DNA of 53,003 nucleotides, the filler included, from Asterionella formosa (taxonomy: Eukaryota), in the NCBI GenBank assembly GCA_002256025.1. It is 4 parts of 4 records of this genome, joined end to end, with 100 filler letters (N's around TTAATTAATTAA, not from the genome) between each part and the next. Parts side by side here need not be neighbours in the genome. Positions count along the whole stretch, not along the records: positions 13,284 to 26,461 come from NKIB01006895.1; positions 26,562 to 39,737 come from NKIB01006903.1; 2 more parts are not named here. One strand, given 5' to 3'. Shown piece by piece: positions 25,349-36,569 of this stretch. Under the pieces are notes generated by a model. It had not been told where the DNA came from. It ran no database searches and saw only the letters and a program-made list of their open reading frames with translations. Each line of letters starts with the position of its first letter. The first letter of the stretch is position 1. Made by a program: the position numbers and the translations under genes.

Positions 25349-26461
25349 TCACAATATAGAATTGAGTTGTTTTTCTACGAAATCGCAAAATTCTTCCAAT
25401 TGATTCTCTTGTTTTGCCCTTGTCGCTTGTTTGCAAAATTCCAGTAGGTGAGTAAGATTGTGACAAAACAATAGAATTTGTGCCAAAAGTTCCTTGGCCA
25501 CAATTAAATGATGTATATAGGCACGACTATGAAAATGACATGCCAAACAAGAACATCCTGGTACCAATGGACGAGCATCTCTGGCAAAGATGGGATCGCC
25601 AACATTGAAACAGCCATTGTGATCTAATTCTAGTGCTGATGGTATCGTCGTTTCTTTCAATGCTTTTATCTTTTTTGTTGCCTTGTTGGTATGACTTGAT
25701 GTGAATATCGGTAGTCCATCCATCATTGTAAGATCACATCCAAAAGCAAGTTGAGATTGAGACCATTGCGTAGGCAGCGATGTTCCAATGGTGTCGACCC
25801 CCAACCGTACGAAATCCAGTAATTGTTGGAAAGTGTGACAGGAAAGGACGACCACAGGCTTCGTTGGATCACATTCCGTAAGCACATGGCCAAGTCGTTC
25901 ATTTCTTTCTTGTCGCGAAGAAATATGATCTGTTCCTACAATGGCATATCCAGATGCAGTCGATGGTAGTCCTCTTGGCGAGGGTGGTGCTTGATGGGGA
26001 GTATTGCCTACAAGTACAATTGGGAACAATACCATCATGTGATTGCAGGTATCCTGCAGTATGGCTTCGTGGTGTTTCCACCACGACATTGTTCGTCGTG
26101 CTGCTGTTTCCTTGCGTTTTTTGGTATCGTGGTCGGTGGCCATGTCAAACATGGCTACCGACGAATTTGCGAGCGAAACTAGCGGCAGTGAGGACGAGGT
26201 CGCAGGAGCAGCATTAGCAGTAGTAGTACACATGGTTCGATAGGTGTTTGGTGTCAGAGGAAGTCTCCCATGAGGTGTCCACAGCATGACATGAGTGTCG
26301 TGAGACGAAACGGGGGATTTCCCAATGGAATCTTGCAGCAAGTCAAAGGTTGGGAGCAGCAGCTTGTGATAGGGTTGCACTGTCGGGTCCACCACCAACG
26401 ATGTGGACGCGAAGCCATACCCATTCGGCTTTGTCGACTCTGGCGAGGGAAATGTCGGTTT
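25349..26461 (-). CDS. QTRT2: Queuine tRNA-ribosyltransferase accessory subunit-like (5' end lost in gap)
   Basis: C-terminal TGT Zn site PLVPGCSCLAC..HSRAYIHHL..KELLAQILLFCHN; LGVD motif. No catalytic DSGG motif visible. Frame is open up to the gap. Confidence 0.8.
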   Translation of the reverse strand, partial: KPTFPSPESTKPNGYGFASTSLVVDPTVQPYHKLLLPTFDLLQDSIGKSPVSSHDTHVMLWTPHGRLPLTPNTYRTMCTTTANAAPATSSSLPLVSLANSSVAMFDMATDHDTKKRKETAARRTMSWWKHHEAILQDTCNHMMVLFPIVLVGNTPHQAPPSPRGLPSTASGYAIVGTDHISSRQERNERLGHVLTECDPTKPVVVLSCHTFQQLLDFVRLGVDTIGTSLPTQWSQSQLAFGCDLTMMDGLPIFTSSHTNKATKKIKALKETTIPSALELDHNGCFNVGDPIFARDARPLVPGCSCLACHFHSRAYIHHLIVAKELLAQILLFCHNLTHLLEFCKQATRAKQENQLEEFCDFVEKQLNSIL

Positions 26462-26561
26462 NNNNNNNNNNNNNNNNNNNNNNNNNNNNNNNNNNNNNNN
26501 NNNNNTTAATTAATTAANNNNNNNNNNNNNNNNNNNNNNNNNNNNNNNNNNNNNNNNNNNN
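26462..26561. other. Assembly gap with artificial linker
   Basis: N run with TTAATTAATTAA at 26506-26517. Confidence 0.97.
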
Positions 26562-26825
26562 TCTAAGTAATTTCTTAAGTAATTTTTATTTAAGGGCAAT
26601 ATGGGACACATCGAATTTTTCGGCAATAAAATTGCCGATTTTAGCATGACAACCAGAATAACAGTAATATGCATAGAGATGGTACAACAAGCGTAAAACA
26701 CACGAGAATGATTGTAACATGCAACATCAATGAAAATTTAACATGATGTTTGGAGCAACCAAATTATGAAATGCGATGTAATAAGTAGCATCTAATGAGA
26801 AATTGAAAAAATTGTTTTGGGTTAG
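26562..26825 (+). repeat. AT-rich dispersed repeat, inverted copy of 32865-33129 (probable DNA-transposon end)
   Basis: Colinear reverse-complement match over ~265 bp, roughly 80% identical by eye (e.g. AAACACACGAGAATGATTGTAACAT vs ATGTTACAATCATTCTCGTGTGTTT). Confidence 0.88.
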
Positions 26826-28502
26826 AAATGAAAAAAAAAAGAGTTCCAATGGAGACGTATGCATTGTGAATCATTGTAGTACTTACACAGGCAACATTGA
26901 CTGTCCACCACCACACAATCGAAGACCAAAAGAAGAAGAAAAAAAGCTGAACCCAATGTAGACCTGCATCGTTATTTAGCGTCAATGATCTGGTTGCTGC
27001 AACCATGCGCATCGCTGTAGTAGCCTGACACCAGTAGCAGTATTTCCGCCACAGTCATTCCTCTCCGCCCACCAAACAGGCAACCCTAATCATTCCATTC
27101 TGAGCAAGCATGATTGCCATGCTGCTCCAGCACTATTGTCTCTCTCTAGCTGAGTATTCATGTAGCTTCTGATACTAACTCGTAGCAGAAATGTAGCAAA
27201 GCGCGTTAGTACAAGAAAAGCATTGCTTGGCGGCAATATTGACATCATTGTCAACGACTATACAAATCAACAAATACAATCAACAACGGCACAATACCAC
27301 ATCTTCAATAAGTAGTCATTGATAAATGCATTGGTTCTTACGTAGATATATACAATCGAAACAAAACGACAGTGTGTAATGACAAACAACGATGGAAGCG
27401 ATCAAAACAAACCACAGAAGCAATCAAATCTGAAAGTCGATAAATACAATCTACAATTCACATTCAGTGTTTCACTGTTGTACTCACCGATCCGCTTCAA
27501 CTAGCATAACAAGCAGCAGACGATGGGATCAAAGAAAGGCGAACGTTGCCTATTGCAAGCCCGAATAGAGCAAAGGCAGGCAAGATAGAGTGAGAACTAT
27601 ATTTGTGACGACGAAATCGGGCATACGGTACGTAAAATCAATGAATATGTGAACGATATAATTCAACATTTCAGGTCTCGTAAAAATAATACCTAGTCTA
27701 CAGAGATAATACTATAACGTGTTCAAAGTAAGCGTTAAAGTATAGCTTGAATCTACAGACAGCAACTACGATTCAATATAAACGGATAAAAAATATCATG
27801 AGCATACATTTAGGCATACTCCTGATTTATATATGTGTTATGGCGTGGAACAAAATTAACTCTTCATTCAGCAACGTAGATATAGTATAAACGTTTAAAT
27901 ATCATTTTCGTTTGTTTGAAATGGAACTCTAACTATCTGGCGCCGACTCCTATTTAATTCAAATATTTGTAAGGCTTTTTAAAGGAATTTGAGAACCTGG
28001 TCATGAATCAGAATTGAATAACATTGCCAGACTATGACATTAGACTTTTACCAGTTCAACCAATTTGTTTTGATGTGCATCCTGTAGTCAAACAATATCT
28101 GTTAGCTAGTATTGTGCTATCTGGAAGATAATATTCCATATAACCTGTAGTCTTAGTATTAACTTTTAAGTATTAGTCTCAATAATCACTGTGATGTCAT
28201 GCTTCTCAGACATTGCACACAAAACAAGGTGAATGATGAAAAATGAACAAATTTGATAGAAGCATCAACAATATATTTTTTGGAAGTATTCCTTGTGCTG
28301 ATCATATAAGTAGCCTGAGTCACCACTTCATTCAACAGGGGGAGGGGTCCACTTTCCTGCATAGTTGATGAGCAAAGTAAGTTCTGTTTCTGGCTTACTT
28401 TTTAGCAACAAGTGGCAAAACTGCCAAAGCAATGTTTCAAACAACATATTGTGATAGAGTTCAATCTCTCATTGAAAATTCAGTTTAGCATCCACATTGA
28501 AT

Positions 28503-29237
28503 CTATAGCTCATGCACCATATCTGGATTCACCACAATGAGGTCAAGAATGGATGAGGAAGTCATTTCTAGAAGAACCTGATCCATTGTTAACAGTGTTT
28601 CTGCGTCTGGTTCTGCTGTTGCCACACAAGATATAACATACGATTCCTTCAAAGGCTGAGAAATTGTAGTCCATGGTACTTGAAGGGGAATACTTAATAT
28701 ATGAAACCCGCTCATGATACTAATGGTCTCGTCGTTTAGATTCGAAGACACAAACCCGAACATTTGCAAGGCTTTCTTCAATTGTTTTGCTGGTTCAGAG
28801 CAAAACCTCAATGCAACCACATCATCTCCCTCTTGCTGAAAGGCTTCAATACGAAAATTGGGTTCGCCAGCAAATTCAAAGGTCGTCCATTGTCGTGCTA
28901 GCGGTGACGCAATGATGGTATCACCTAGATAGATTTGCATGCCTACCATGACATAGCTAGGAACTCCACTTTTGAAAAGAATGTCAAGGGTGGGCCTCAT
29001 TTTGAGGCCTTCTGTCCATCGAAGAGTTAACGATGTCCCCGAAAACCCAGTGGCGCCTTCTTCGATTGCCCCATGATCATCGAGTACTTGCCATCGCGAA
29101 AATGAGTATACATAGCTAGTTGGAAGAGATTGGGTCCGTCCGCCAGGCAAGCCAACTATGTTCACAATGTGGTTTTGCGCCGTAGTACTTAACGAGGCTG
29201 CACTTGATAGAAATAAAGCCAGCAGAATATAGTACAT
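28503..29237 (-). CDS. Hypothetical protein with signal peptide (~244 aa)
   Basis: Within ORF 28503-29525, the ATG at 29237 gives MYYILLALFLSSAAS|L; no recognisable domain. Confidence 0.75.
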   Translation of the reverse strand: MYYILLALFLSSAASLSTTAQNHIVNIVGLPGGRTQSLPTSYVYSFSRWQVLDDHGAIEEGATGFSGTSLTLRWTEGLKMRPTLDILFKSGVPSYVMVGMQIYLGDTIIASPLARQWTTFEFAGEPNFRIEAFQQEGDDVVALRFCSEPAKQLKKALQMFGFVSSNLNDETISIMSGFHILSIPLQVPWTTISQPLKESYVISCVATAEPDAETLLTMDQVLLEMTSSSILDLIVVNPDMVHEL

Positions 29238-29982
29238 TGTATTGATATGATCGTATCGCAGACTTTGGGCGGCGATATGGTCCAAGGAGCCACGACCAGA
29301 GCACCGGTAAGTAGGCTGGTAATTAATTCTTGACGGAGCAGAGGAGAAACAGTTGCTCATCCAGTTATTATAGCTGGTCGATCCTCTCAATAGCTGAGAG
29401 AGGAGCTTATCTTTCCAATGAATAATTTTGATGTTTCTTATTTGAAGCGGCGGTTTGTCGTTGTCACTTTGTCTACTGATGATGATTTTGTTCACAAGGC
29501 GGGCGTCGGTTTGGGTATTGAACATCTACTGGTTTTTATTACGAGGACCGGTATAAATCATGTTGCTCGAGTACCGGTACGTAACCTGGACCAGGTACTA
29601 ATATAACAACTGCTGACGACGTTTTTTAGACCGCCAGCCAATAACACGATGTATTTGTATTTTGCATCAATAGTATAAACATAACGTTGTATGCATGTAT
29701 ATACCGGTATATGGGAGACTTTAACATGGACATAGACCCTACCGGTACATGATGATGATGCACAAGGCAGCAATGTCATCAATGAATGGTGGTGACATGT
29801 CATGCTATACTATACTATAGTTTAGTATCGTATACTATACTAATAAATCATGATTTTAGCCGAAAGCAAAACGATATACCGGTAGTTCTCGATCAACGAA
29901 TAGCTACCACTCCTCTGCACTCCCGCTCCCATTCCTCTTTCCCTGCTCCCGCCTTTTCTCCTCAAACTCTTCTGAACGGACC

Positions 29983-30327
29983 ATGGATGCTGCTGCACTG
30001 AATAACCTGACACCTGAGCAAGTACAAGCGGTCAAGGCCCAAGCACAGCAACAGGCCAACATGACTGTTACTCAATCTCTCATGAAATCCATGGCTGAAC
30101 TATGCTTTCATAAATGTGCTGGGTCTTCGGTGAGTCATTGTGTTTATTGGGATCATGCAACGTTTACTGTGAAAATAGTCTAACCACTCTGTTCGTTCAT
30201 CCGTAACCACAAGGGGGATAGACTGGATAGTCGAGAGCAAGCGTGTATGGCATCTTGCCAGGACACGTACCTTGAACTGAGAGCGCAGGTTACAAAGGCA
30301 CTGGAAAAGAGGCAAGATTCGATGTAA
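29983..30327 (+). CDS. Mitochondrial small Tim chaperone (Tim13-like, twin CX3C), 86 aa; exons 29983-30129, 30214-30327
   Basis: Splicing GTGAGT...CAAG gives ...ELCFHKCAGSSGDRLDSREQACMASCQDTYLE..., the twin CX3C motif. Confidence 0.9.
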
Positions 30328-31372
30328 GGCGTCATTGGAATTTCCTGAGCACCATACAAGAAGCCGACATGTGACTTCCTAACATTTGCTAATGGCGAAT
30401 TATTCGAGCTGTTTGTATCCTGTATCACTCGTCAACGTCACAACTCTTTGGCATCCTAAAACGATGCAGATGTATGATGGTTCACATTGATAGGCAACTC
30501 CCTTGGCAAAGTGCATCTTTACTTAAGGTTGCACATATATATATAGCTAGCTCTGATGTGCAATTCCGATTGTAGGTTTACCTGGAATTGTTAGAGGTAT
30601 TGGCCCTCATGCACAATATACCAGTGCATGATTGAACCAGTCAATCAGTTATTTGGTACGAGGCTAGGCCCATCAGTCATGCAAACACATGACACTTATA
30701 GTGTATGGTCTATACATTTGTGAGTGTGATGTCATAATAGATTTGCAAATTGGATTTTTTGGCCCTGAACATCTTTGAGGCTGATACTCAAGGCAAGCCA
30801 GATATTAAGCCCATTTCTACTCCTAGGTTTTATGATCATTGCTTGGGCTACCTGCTTGTAACAGGTCCATAGTTTTGTTAGCATGCATAGGAGATCTCTC
30901 AATCACCTTTCAGAAAAGATGGTCATCTTCACTGCAGCATCAGTGGAAACTCCAACCACTTGGGTAGGGACCAGCACAAGCTCCTGATAGTAGGGGGTGG
31001 GGGTTCAAATCAATTTTCCTTGCATACCAACAATATCGATGCATGATGGTGAGACATGTGAGAATTGGAACCAAAAATTGCTTTGAAAAATGGGGGAATA
31101 AAACCCAACAATCTTAACTTGGAGTCAACTTAATTGACCGCTATATTAGACCATGTCCAATCTTTGGGGCTGATATTAAAGGGATTGATATTAAAATTCC
31201 TGATAATCATTGGTTCTTACCAGGTACATCTTATCTGAAAACAAGAATAGAAAAGAATGAGTTTAATGATGGGCAATATTGGACCTTTGGCAAGATTTGA
31301 TGAGAATATAAGAAATATAAAAAATATTTTTTTTTTTATGGGCAATAGTGAGCTAAAAATGACATTTATGCA

Positions 31373-32332
31373 TTATTTGTGGGCAGTAGGTAAGCAAATG
31401 GCGCTATCTACTAGTTTCCCAAAAATGTTGTCTGGTGGCTGCTGGTATCCATGTTTTGGGTCAGGAAGCCAGCAGAAATCTAGATTGCGCAAGGCTTCCA
31501 CCCGCTCCATGTTCAAGCCAGAAACCATGACGCCCTCAACCTTTTCTTCAATGGTTATACTTAGTACATATTCTCTGCACACTCGCTTTTGGTGTCGAAC
31601 CCAGCGACCCAACTGTGTATCCTCCTCCCATGTTTGGGGAACGTGGCAATGACCAAACCTCTCTTTGAATTTCCGTAGGGACTCATAACTTTTCCACCAG
31701 ACTATCGAGCTAGGATACCATAGAAATCCAGCGTCATCCAACAAATCGATCTGCTCTTTGGTCAAAGCTTTCCCCAATTTCGTGTCCATAGTCCCAGCTT
31801 TTGCTTTCTTGAACTTGTTTCGTTGACAAGAACACCATGACCCGAGCTGCTTGTTTTCAGCCCACGCAATTGGAACGTTACAATGCCCAAAGCGATCCCT
31901 AAAATCCAAGAGTTCCTGGTACTTCTGATCCCATTTGGAAGTTCGAACTTTCCATACAAATCCGATCGAGTTCAAGCGCGCAACTCTCTCCTTTGAAAGG
32001 AATGACAGGTGTTCCTTTTCTGGAGTTTCGAGATATTTATATTGCATCCGTTGGTTTCGAACCCAAATACCCAAAAGTCTAGTTTCGGGATCGGCACTTG
32101 GGTTGCTGTGCCCATTCATTGCGATGAAATTTTTGATCTGCTCAAAACGGTCGTTCCACCGTTCCTCTGCTGCATTTGCCTTGGAGAGCAACGCATTCTC
32201 ACATGGCGCAACAATTGAGGCAGCAAGCTGTTGCATATGCTGTGCCCTTTCTTCACCAATCGAGAAAGCGCAGCACCCATATCCTCTTATAATGAGGCCA
32301 GCAAGGACAGACACAAAAACTCTCCCCGACAT
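31373..32332 (-). CDS. Helicase-associated (HA) repeat protein, three repeats, with N-terminal signal-like segment
   Basis: Three W...L..F...GH..VP......LG.W...QR...L..ER...L..(I/A/L).F.W units; no helicase motifs. Confidence 0.9.
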   Translation of the reverse strand: MSGRVFVSVLAGLIIRGYGCCAFSIGEERAQHMQQLAASIVAPCENALLSKANAAEERWNDRFEQIKNFIAMNGHSNPSADPETRLLGIWVRNQRMQYKYLETPEKEHLSFLSKERVARLNSIGFVWKVRTSKWDQKYQELLDFRDRFGHCNVPIAWAENKQLGSWCSCQRNKFKKAKAGTMDTKLGKALTKEQIDLLDDAGFLWYPSSIVWWKSYESLRKFKERFGHCHVPQTWEEDTQLGRWVRHQKRVCREYVLSITIEEKVEGVMVSGLNMERVEALRNLDFCWLPDPKHGYQQPPDNIFGKLVDSAICLPTAHK

Positions 32333-32471
32333 CAGTTGCTCTATTGGACCAAAATCTTCGTTTTATGTCTAGAATATGATTCGTGATCAATATTTGTATT
32401 TCGTTGCAGAATAATCGCTCGCTTGTAAATAATGCTGATCCATGTTGTGATGGTGCAAAAAATGTTCTGGA

Positions 32472-32864
32472 NNNNNNNNNNNNNNNNNNNNNNNNNNNNN
32501 NNNNNNNNNNNNNNNNNNNNNNNNNNNNNNNNNNNNNNNNNNNNNNNNNNNNNNNNNNNNNNNNNNNNNNNNNNNNNNNNNNNNNNNNNNNNNNNNNNNN
32601 NNNNNNNNNNNNNNNNNNNNNNNNNNNNNNNNNNNNNNNNNNNNNNNNNNNNNNNNNNNNNNNNNNNNNNNNNNNNNNNNNNNNNNNNNNNNNNNNNNNN
32701 NNNNNNNNNNNNNNNNNNNNNNNNNNNNNNNNNNNNNNNNNNNNNNNNNNNNNNNNNNNNNNNNNNNNNNNNNNNNNNNNNNNNNNNNNNNNNNNNNNNN
32801 NNNNNNNNNNNNNNNNNNNNNNNNNNNNNNNNNNNNNNNNNNNNNNNNNNNNNNNNNNNNNNNN
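32472..32864. other. Assembly gap (393 N)
   Basis: Uninterrupted N run. Confidence 0.99.
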
Positions 32865-33154
32865 CTAACCCCAAAACTACTTTTTCTATTTCTCATTTGA
32901 CGCTACTTATTACATTGCATGTCATACTTTGGTTTCTCCAAACATCATGTTCAATTTTCATTGAAATTGTATGTTACAATCATTCTCGTGTGTTTCACGC
33001 TTGTTTTACCATTTCTATGTATATTACCCTTGTGCTGGCTTTCATGCTAAAATAGGGAATTTTAGTGCCGAAAAATTTGATATGCCCCATATTGCCCCTA
33101 ATTAAAAAACCCTTAAGAAATTACTTAGAGCCTAAAAATTACTTAGAAGTCCCC
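32865..33154 (-). repeat. Second, inverted copy of the 26562-26825 repeat, with probable terminus
   Basis: Reverse complement begins GGGGACTTCTAAGTAATTTTTAGGCTCTAAGTAATTTCTTAAG, with a subterminal TCTAAGTAATTT duplication. Confidence 0.85.
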
Positions 33155-34427
33155 GAATGGCAAGACGACAGCTGGAGCGAGAATTGCAGCAAAGCAAAGT
33201 TGGTGACTTTTTGGCTTTTCACATGCTGATCGGCAGACTACGAGGTACCAGCAAGTTACGGTCATTTTGCTTAAATAAACAATTTAATCTCGGATAAAGA
33301 CAGCTAAAGCTTTAGTTTAGCAAATTTACCGCAACTTGCAGGTACCAGGTGTACCACACGATAAACATTGTAGCCAGTCGTATAAAACATGAGACCACGT
33401 AGTAAAAACTTTTCTCGTTATCTGAACATCATGACAATCAACAAGCTGCAACACAAGGAATGAAATCCAGTACAAGCAGCAAGGCATAGGGATTTAGGAA
33501 GACGACCAATGAAAGGCAAGTGTTAATCGAGAGCTTTCGTTCAGTGCGAAAATGACAGATTGATCTATGATGTAAACCTTTGCTGAAGAGCGCCTTCCGG
33601 ATTGGATGCGGTAAGGCCACCCTCGAGTGCCTGGACCTTGAAAATGTTGGGCCCTTGGGCGTGCAACTTTCAGGAAACGGGAAGCCCTTAACCCTAACAG
33701 TTTTGTCAAATTATGCCGAGAGATGTCCACTTTTATTGTCCATTTCGGACTCTCTGGTGGGCTGATCAAGGCTTTCTCTCCCAATTTCCCACGGATCACG
33801 ACAGTTGGACTGTCCCATGGTGGCGATTCAATCAACGGAAGTTCGTCTCGAAGGATGGGCATGGTGGCAACAACACAGTTTTGTTTCCTTTTGGAGATGG
33901 TGATTATCCTTCTTGGTCGTTCAGTTGCTACTTGTCTACATATGACACGGCAAAGAATGGGACAATTTCTGTCGCTTTTTTGGCGTGGGCTAGACTGGGT
34001 GCTTCGGTATGGTTGAGTCAATGGATGGTCTGAGAGCTGCGTGCTCGGCTGAAGTCCACCTAGCCGATTTCAAGTGAGGGGAAATGAATCTGAGATCAAA
34101 TTTTTTGTCAAATGCTGGTGCCATTGGTGTTTTGTATCATGCTCATACCATACTTCCTCCCTCGTTTTCCCCTAGTTAGTGGGTTGATCAATTCTTCCCC
34201 TTTGCGATGCTACCTAATACACCTGTCACCCATATGATGCATAATAGTGGTAGCTGTAATGATGCTATATACTAATACCATCATAACATTTGGGGGGAAC
34301 AGCAAGAGGACCAGCTCAAAGACTCACACTCACGAAGCAAAAATGAAAACAAGATTGATCAGTGCAGGAGATATTAATGGCGGATCCAAACAAACTGAGC
34401 TACATGATATTCTGAAATAAAATAGGT

Positions 34428-35195
34428 TTATACCCAACCCCTTAAGCTGCAATGCACACGAGCCACTGAGGTCATGTAGTCCTGGAAACCAATGTCTTTT
34501 GCATACCTTGTTGCTGCAGCCCCCTTCATGTAATTGGCAGCTTTTCCTATCTCTCCTCTTGATTCGCAGTATAGGCCCAGGTAGAAGGCAGCATAAAATT
34601 CGTCTGCGCTACTTCCATTGTGTCCAGCTAGAGCTAGATCTTGCTCATTGGCTTCCCCGCGAAAGAGTGAGTACACAGTCGACATAATTTTCCTTCTGTC
34701 AGTCTTTCCCTTTGGTAACGACATCATGCCTGGAGGCGGTAGCACTTCTGGAGTCAATCTTGATAGACATGCGATATCCCAAACAATCTCTTCAACGTCC
34801 AAGGGATTGACTCTTACATCCAAACGAAATTGCTCGCTTCCCGCTTGGAACTGGTCCTGGTAATAGTAGCTGATTCCTCGTTGCCACAAGAAAGGCCTCA
34901 AAGATCCATCAGGTACAGCAGCATCTGCTCGATCAAAGAAACGGATCGAACCATCGATATCTCCCATTTTAAAGGCTTTCATTCCCTCAGCAACAAGTTG
35001 AGTCGGATTTTCCATACGAAGATCCGATTGGGGGTGTATAGACATGGAACGAAAGGATCCTGGTTGCTTCGACGCTCTCATTCTCGCAAATCGGAGTCCA
35101 TTGCCAGGAGCAATGAGATTTATGAGATATATCGCCATGCAGAACAAATGAAGTAGCAGCATATTGCGTCTTCCAGAGTTCCTAGTCGTCCTCAT
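34428..35195 (-). CDS. TPR-containing protein (NlpI-like family found in phototrophs), with signal peptide
   Basis: GMKAF..GDIDGSI..FD.A, PFLWQRGISYYY, QFRLDV.VNP.DVEE.VW, FYAAFYLGLY.E, DYMTSVARVH. Confidence 0.85.
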   Translation of the reverse strand: MRTTRNSGRRNMLLLHLFCMAIYLINLIAPGNGLRFARMRASKQPGSFRSMSIHPQSDLRMENPTQLVAEGMKAFKMGDIDGSIRFFDRADAAVPDGSLRPFLWQRGISYYYQDQFQAGSEQFRLDVRVNPLDVEEIVWDIACLSRLTPEVLPPPGMMSLPKGKTDRRKIMSTVYSLFRGEANEQDLALAGHNGSSADEFYAAFYLGLYCESRGEIGKAANYMKGAAATRYAKDIGFQDYMTSVARVHCSLRGWV

Positions 35196-35411
35196 CCAGA
35201 TCTATAGGGTATGTATGCAGTAGAACACGTCGATTAATGGTGTCAATTATTTTCTTGGCAATATATATATATATATATAACAGTAAGGTTTGATAATCAA
35301 AGAGTTAAATTACAGAATACCGCGCGGTAGCTACATATAATAACGGGAACACCATCTGGTGTCGCTCATTAAACAGATCATGAAACAAATAAATGAAGAA
35401 GTGCAGCCATA

Positions 35412-36500
35412 ATGGCGGTTCCCAATCCAAACACCATTCAAAATCGCAACAAGTCTCGATGTAAATACCGGCATCTTGATTTGTGGATTCTCTGTTCTCT
35501 ACTAGTTGGCTTATTTTCAATCATCCGTTTCCTTTCGACACAAACCAGTTTTCAAGACGAAGCCACCGCCAGTTCTGTCATTGACCAACATGAGCCAGTT
35601 CAAACGATAATGCCTGTTCCACTAGAATCAGAGCGCATATTCTTATCAACCATCAGATCATGCATTCCAGCGAATCATACGAAATGTATGCAATACATTC
35701 CGCCAGGAACCACAGCTGAGAGAATCGCTGTGCTAGTCCCGCCAGGGGAATTCGGTGATTGGGTAACCAAGTGGATCATTCGAACGATATGGGCGACTTT
35801 CGGCAAAGAGCAGTCGGAGAAGCTTCAACTTATTCACATTAGCCACATTCCGCCCTATGGGTATGGGAAAACTCACGGGTGGACGAAGTTGATACGAGTG
35901 TTGCCTTCAACATTGATGCTCGGTGCTGCTGATGCCATTCAATCATCTCTCGATGATGGACAGTCTCAAAAAAATATTTCGCTTGACGACCTCAAGTCCG
36001 CCTTTCGAATGATGACCAGATGGCATTGTCGGATATCTCACATTGCTGCTCATACCGCTCTATTGACTATCAATATGAAGGATTATGATGTAGATCCAAT
36101 GTCGGTTACCAAAATGCTTGTCAGATTTGTTGATCCCGCCAAGGATGGACATTCCCTAGAACCAAAAATGATTAACGTGTATGGAGATGATGACCAGACT
36201 GGGAATGGCTATTTATTAAATGGCCATACAATTGGTTTGCTGACATGGATACAACAATCGTCTGGACTGCATATAGCGGAAGAGCTGGAAGTAGTATTGA
36301 AAGAAGAACTTCAGATATCCAAGGATTTTTCGGCATGGCCCTGCCAATCGTTATGGAGCACTGGAGAAGGAGGGGGAAAATCTGGTCCAATGGCAAGCAA
36401 ACTCGCCGCGAAACTTTCACCAGATTGTAATGCAGAGTACACAACATGTGTTGTCAAGAAGGACCATTGTGAAGAGGCTGGTGATCCCATCTGCACATAG
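35412..36500 (+). CDS. Hypothetical type II membrane protein
   Basis: 362-aa ORF with one N-terminal hydrophobic helix, a PPYGYGKTHGW block and a Cys-rich C-terminus. Confidence 0.8.
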   Translation: MAVPNPNTIQNRNKSRCKYRHLDLWILCSLLVGLFSIIRFLSTQTSFQDEATASSVIDQHEPVQTIMPVPLESERIFLSTIRSCIPANHTKCMQYIPPGTTAERIAVLVPPGEFGDWVTKWIIRTIWATFGKEQSEKLQLIHISHIPPYGYGKTHGWTKLIRVLPSTLMLGAADAIQSSLDDGQSQKNISLDDLKSAFRMMTRWHCRISHIAAHTALLTINMKDYDVDPMSVTKMLVRFVDPAKDGHSLEPKMINVYGDDDQTGNGYLLNGHTIGLLTWIQQSSGLHIAEELEVVLKEELQISKDFSAWPCQSLWSTGEGGGKSGPMASKLAAKLSPDCNAEYTTCVVKKDHCEEAGDPICT

Positions 36501-36569
36501 TCAATGTTTGCGAATTATATCTTCTGTAGTAGCAGTTACCAACTAAAGCGTTGTTATTGTTCTATGTTT

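Noticed and set aside
25349..26461. TGT homolog lacking catalytic motifs as a novel pseudoenzyme
   Set aside because: Expected for the known non-catalytic QTRT2 subunit; the N-terminus is also missing in the gap.
28230..28305. Box C/D-like TGATGA...CTGA pair
   Set aside because: No terminal stem or recognisable rRNA-antisense element; expected by chance in AT-rich DNA.
32341..33055. ORFs spanning the long N run
   Set aside because: Artefacts of translating N; the flanks are non-coding repeat.
33684..33700. CCCTAACCCTAAC telomere-like sequence
   Set aside because: Only about two units; chance level.
33494..34033. Overlapping ORFs of 97-175 aa on both strands
   Set aside because: No recognisable motif or convincing splice structure; cannot choose a coding frame.
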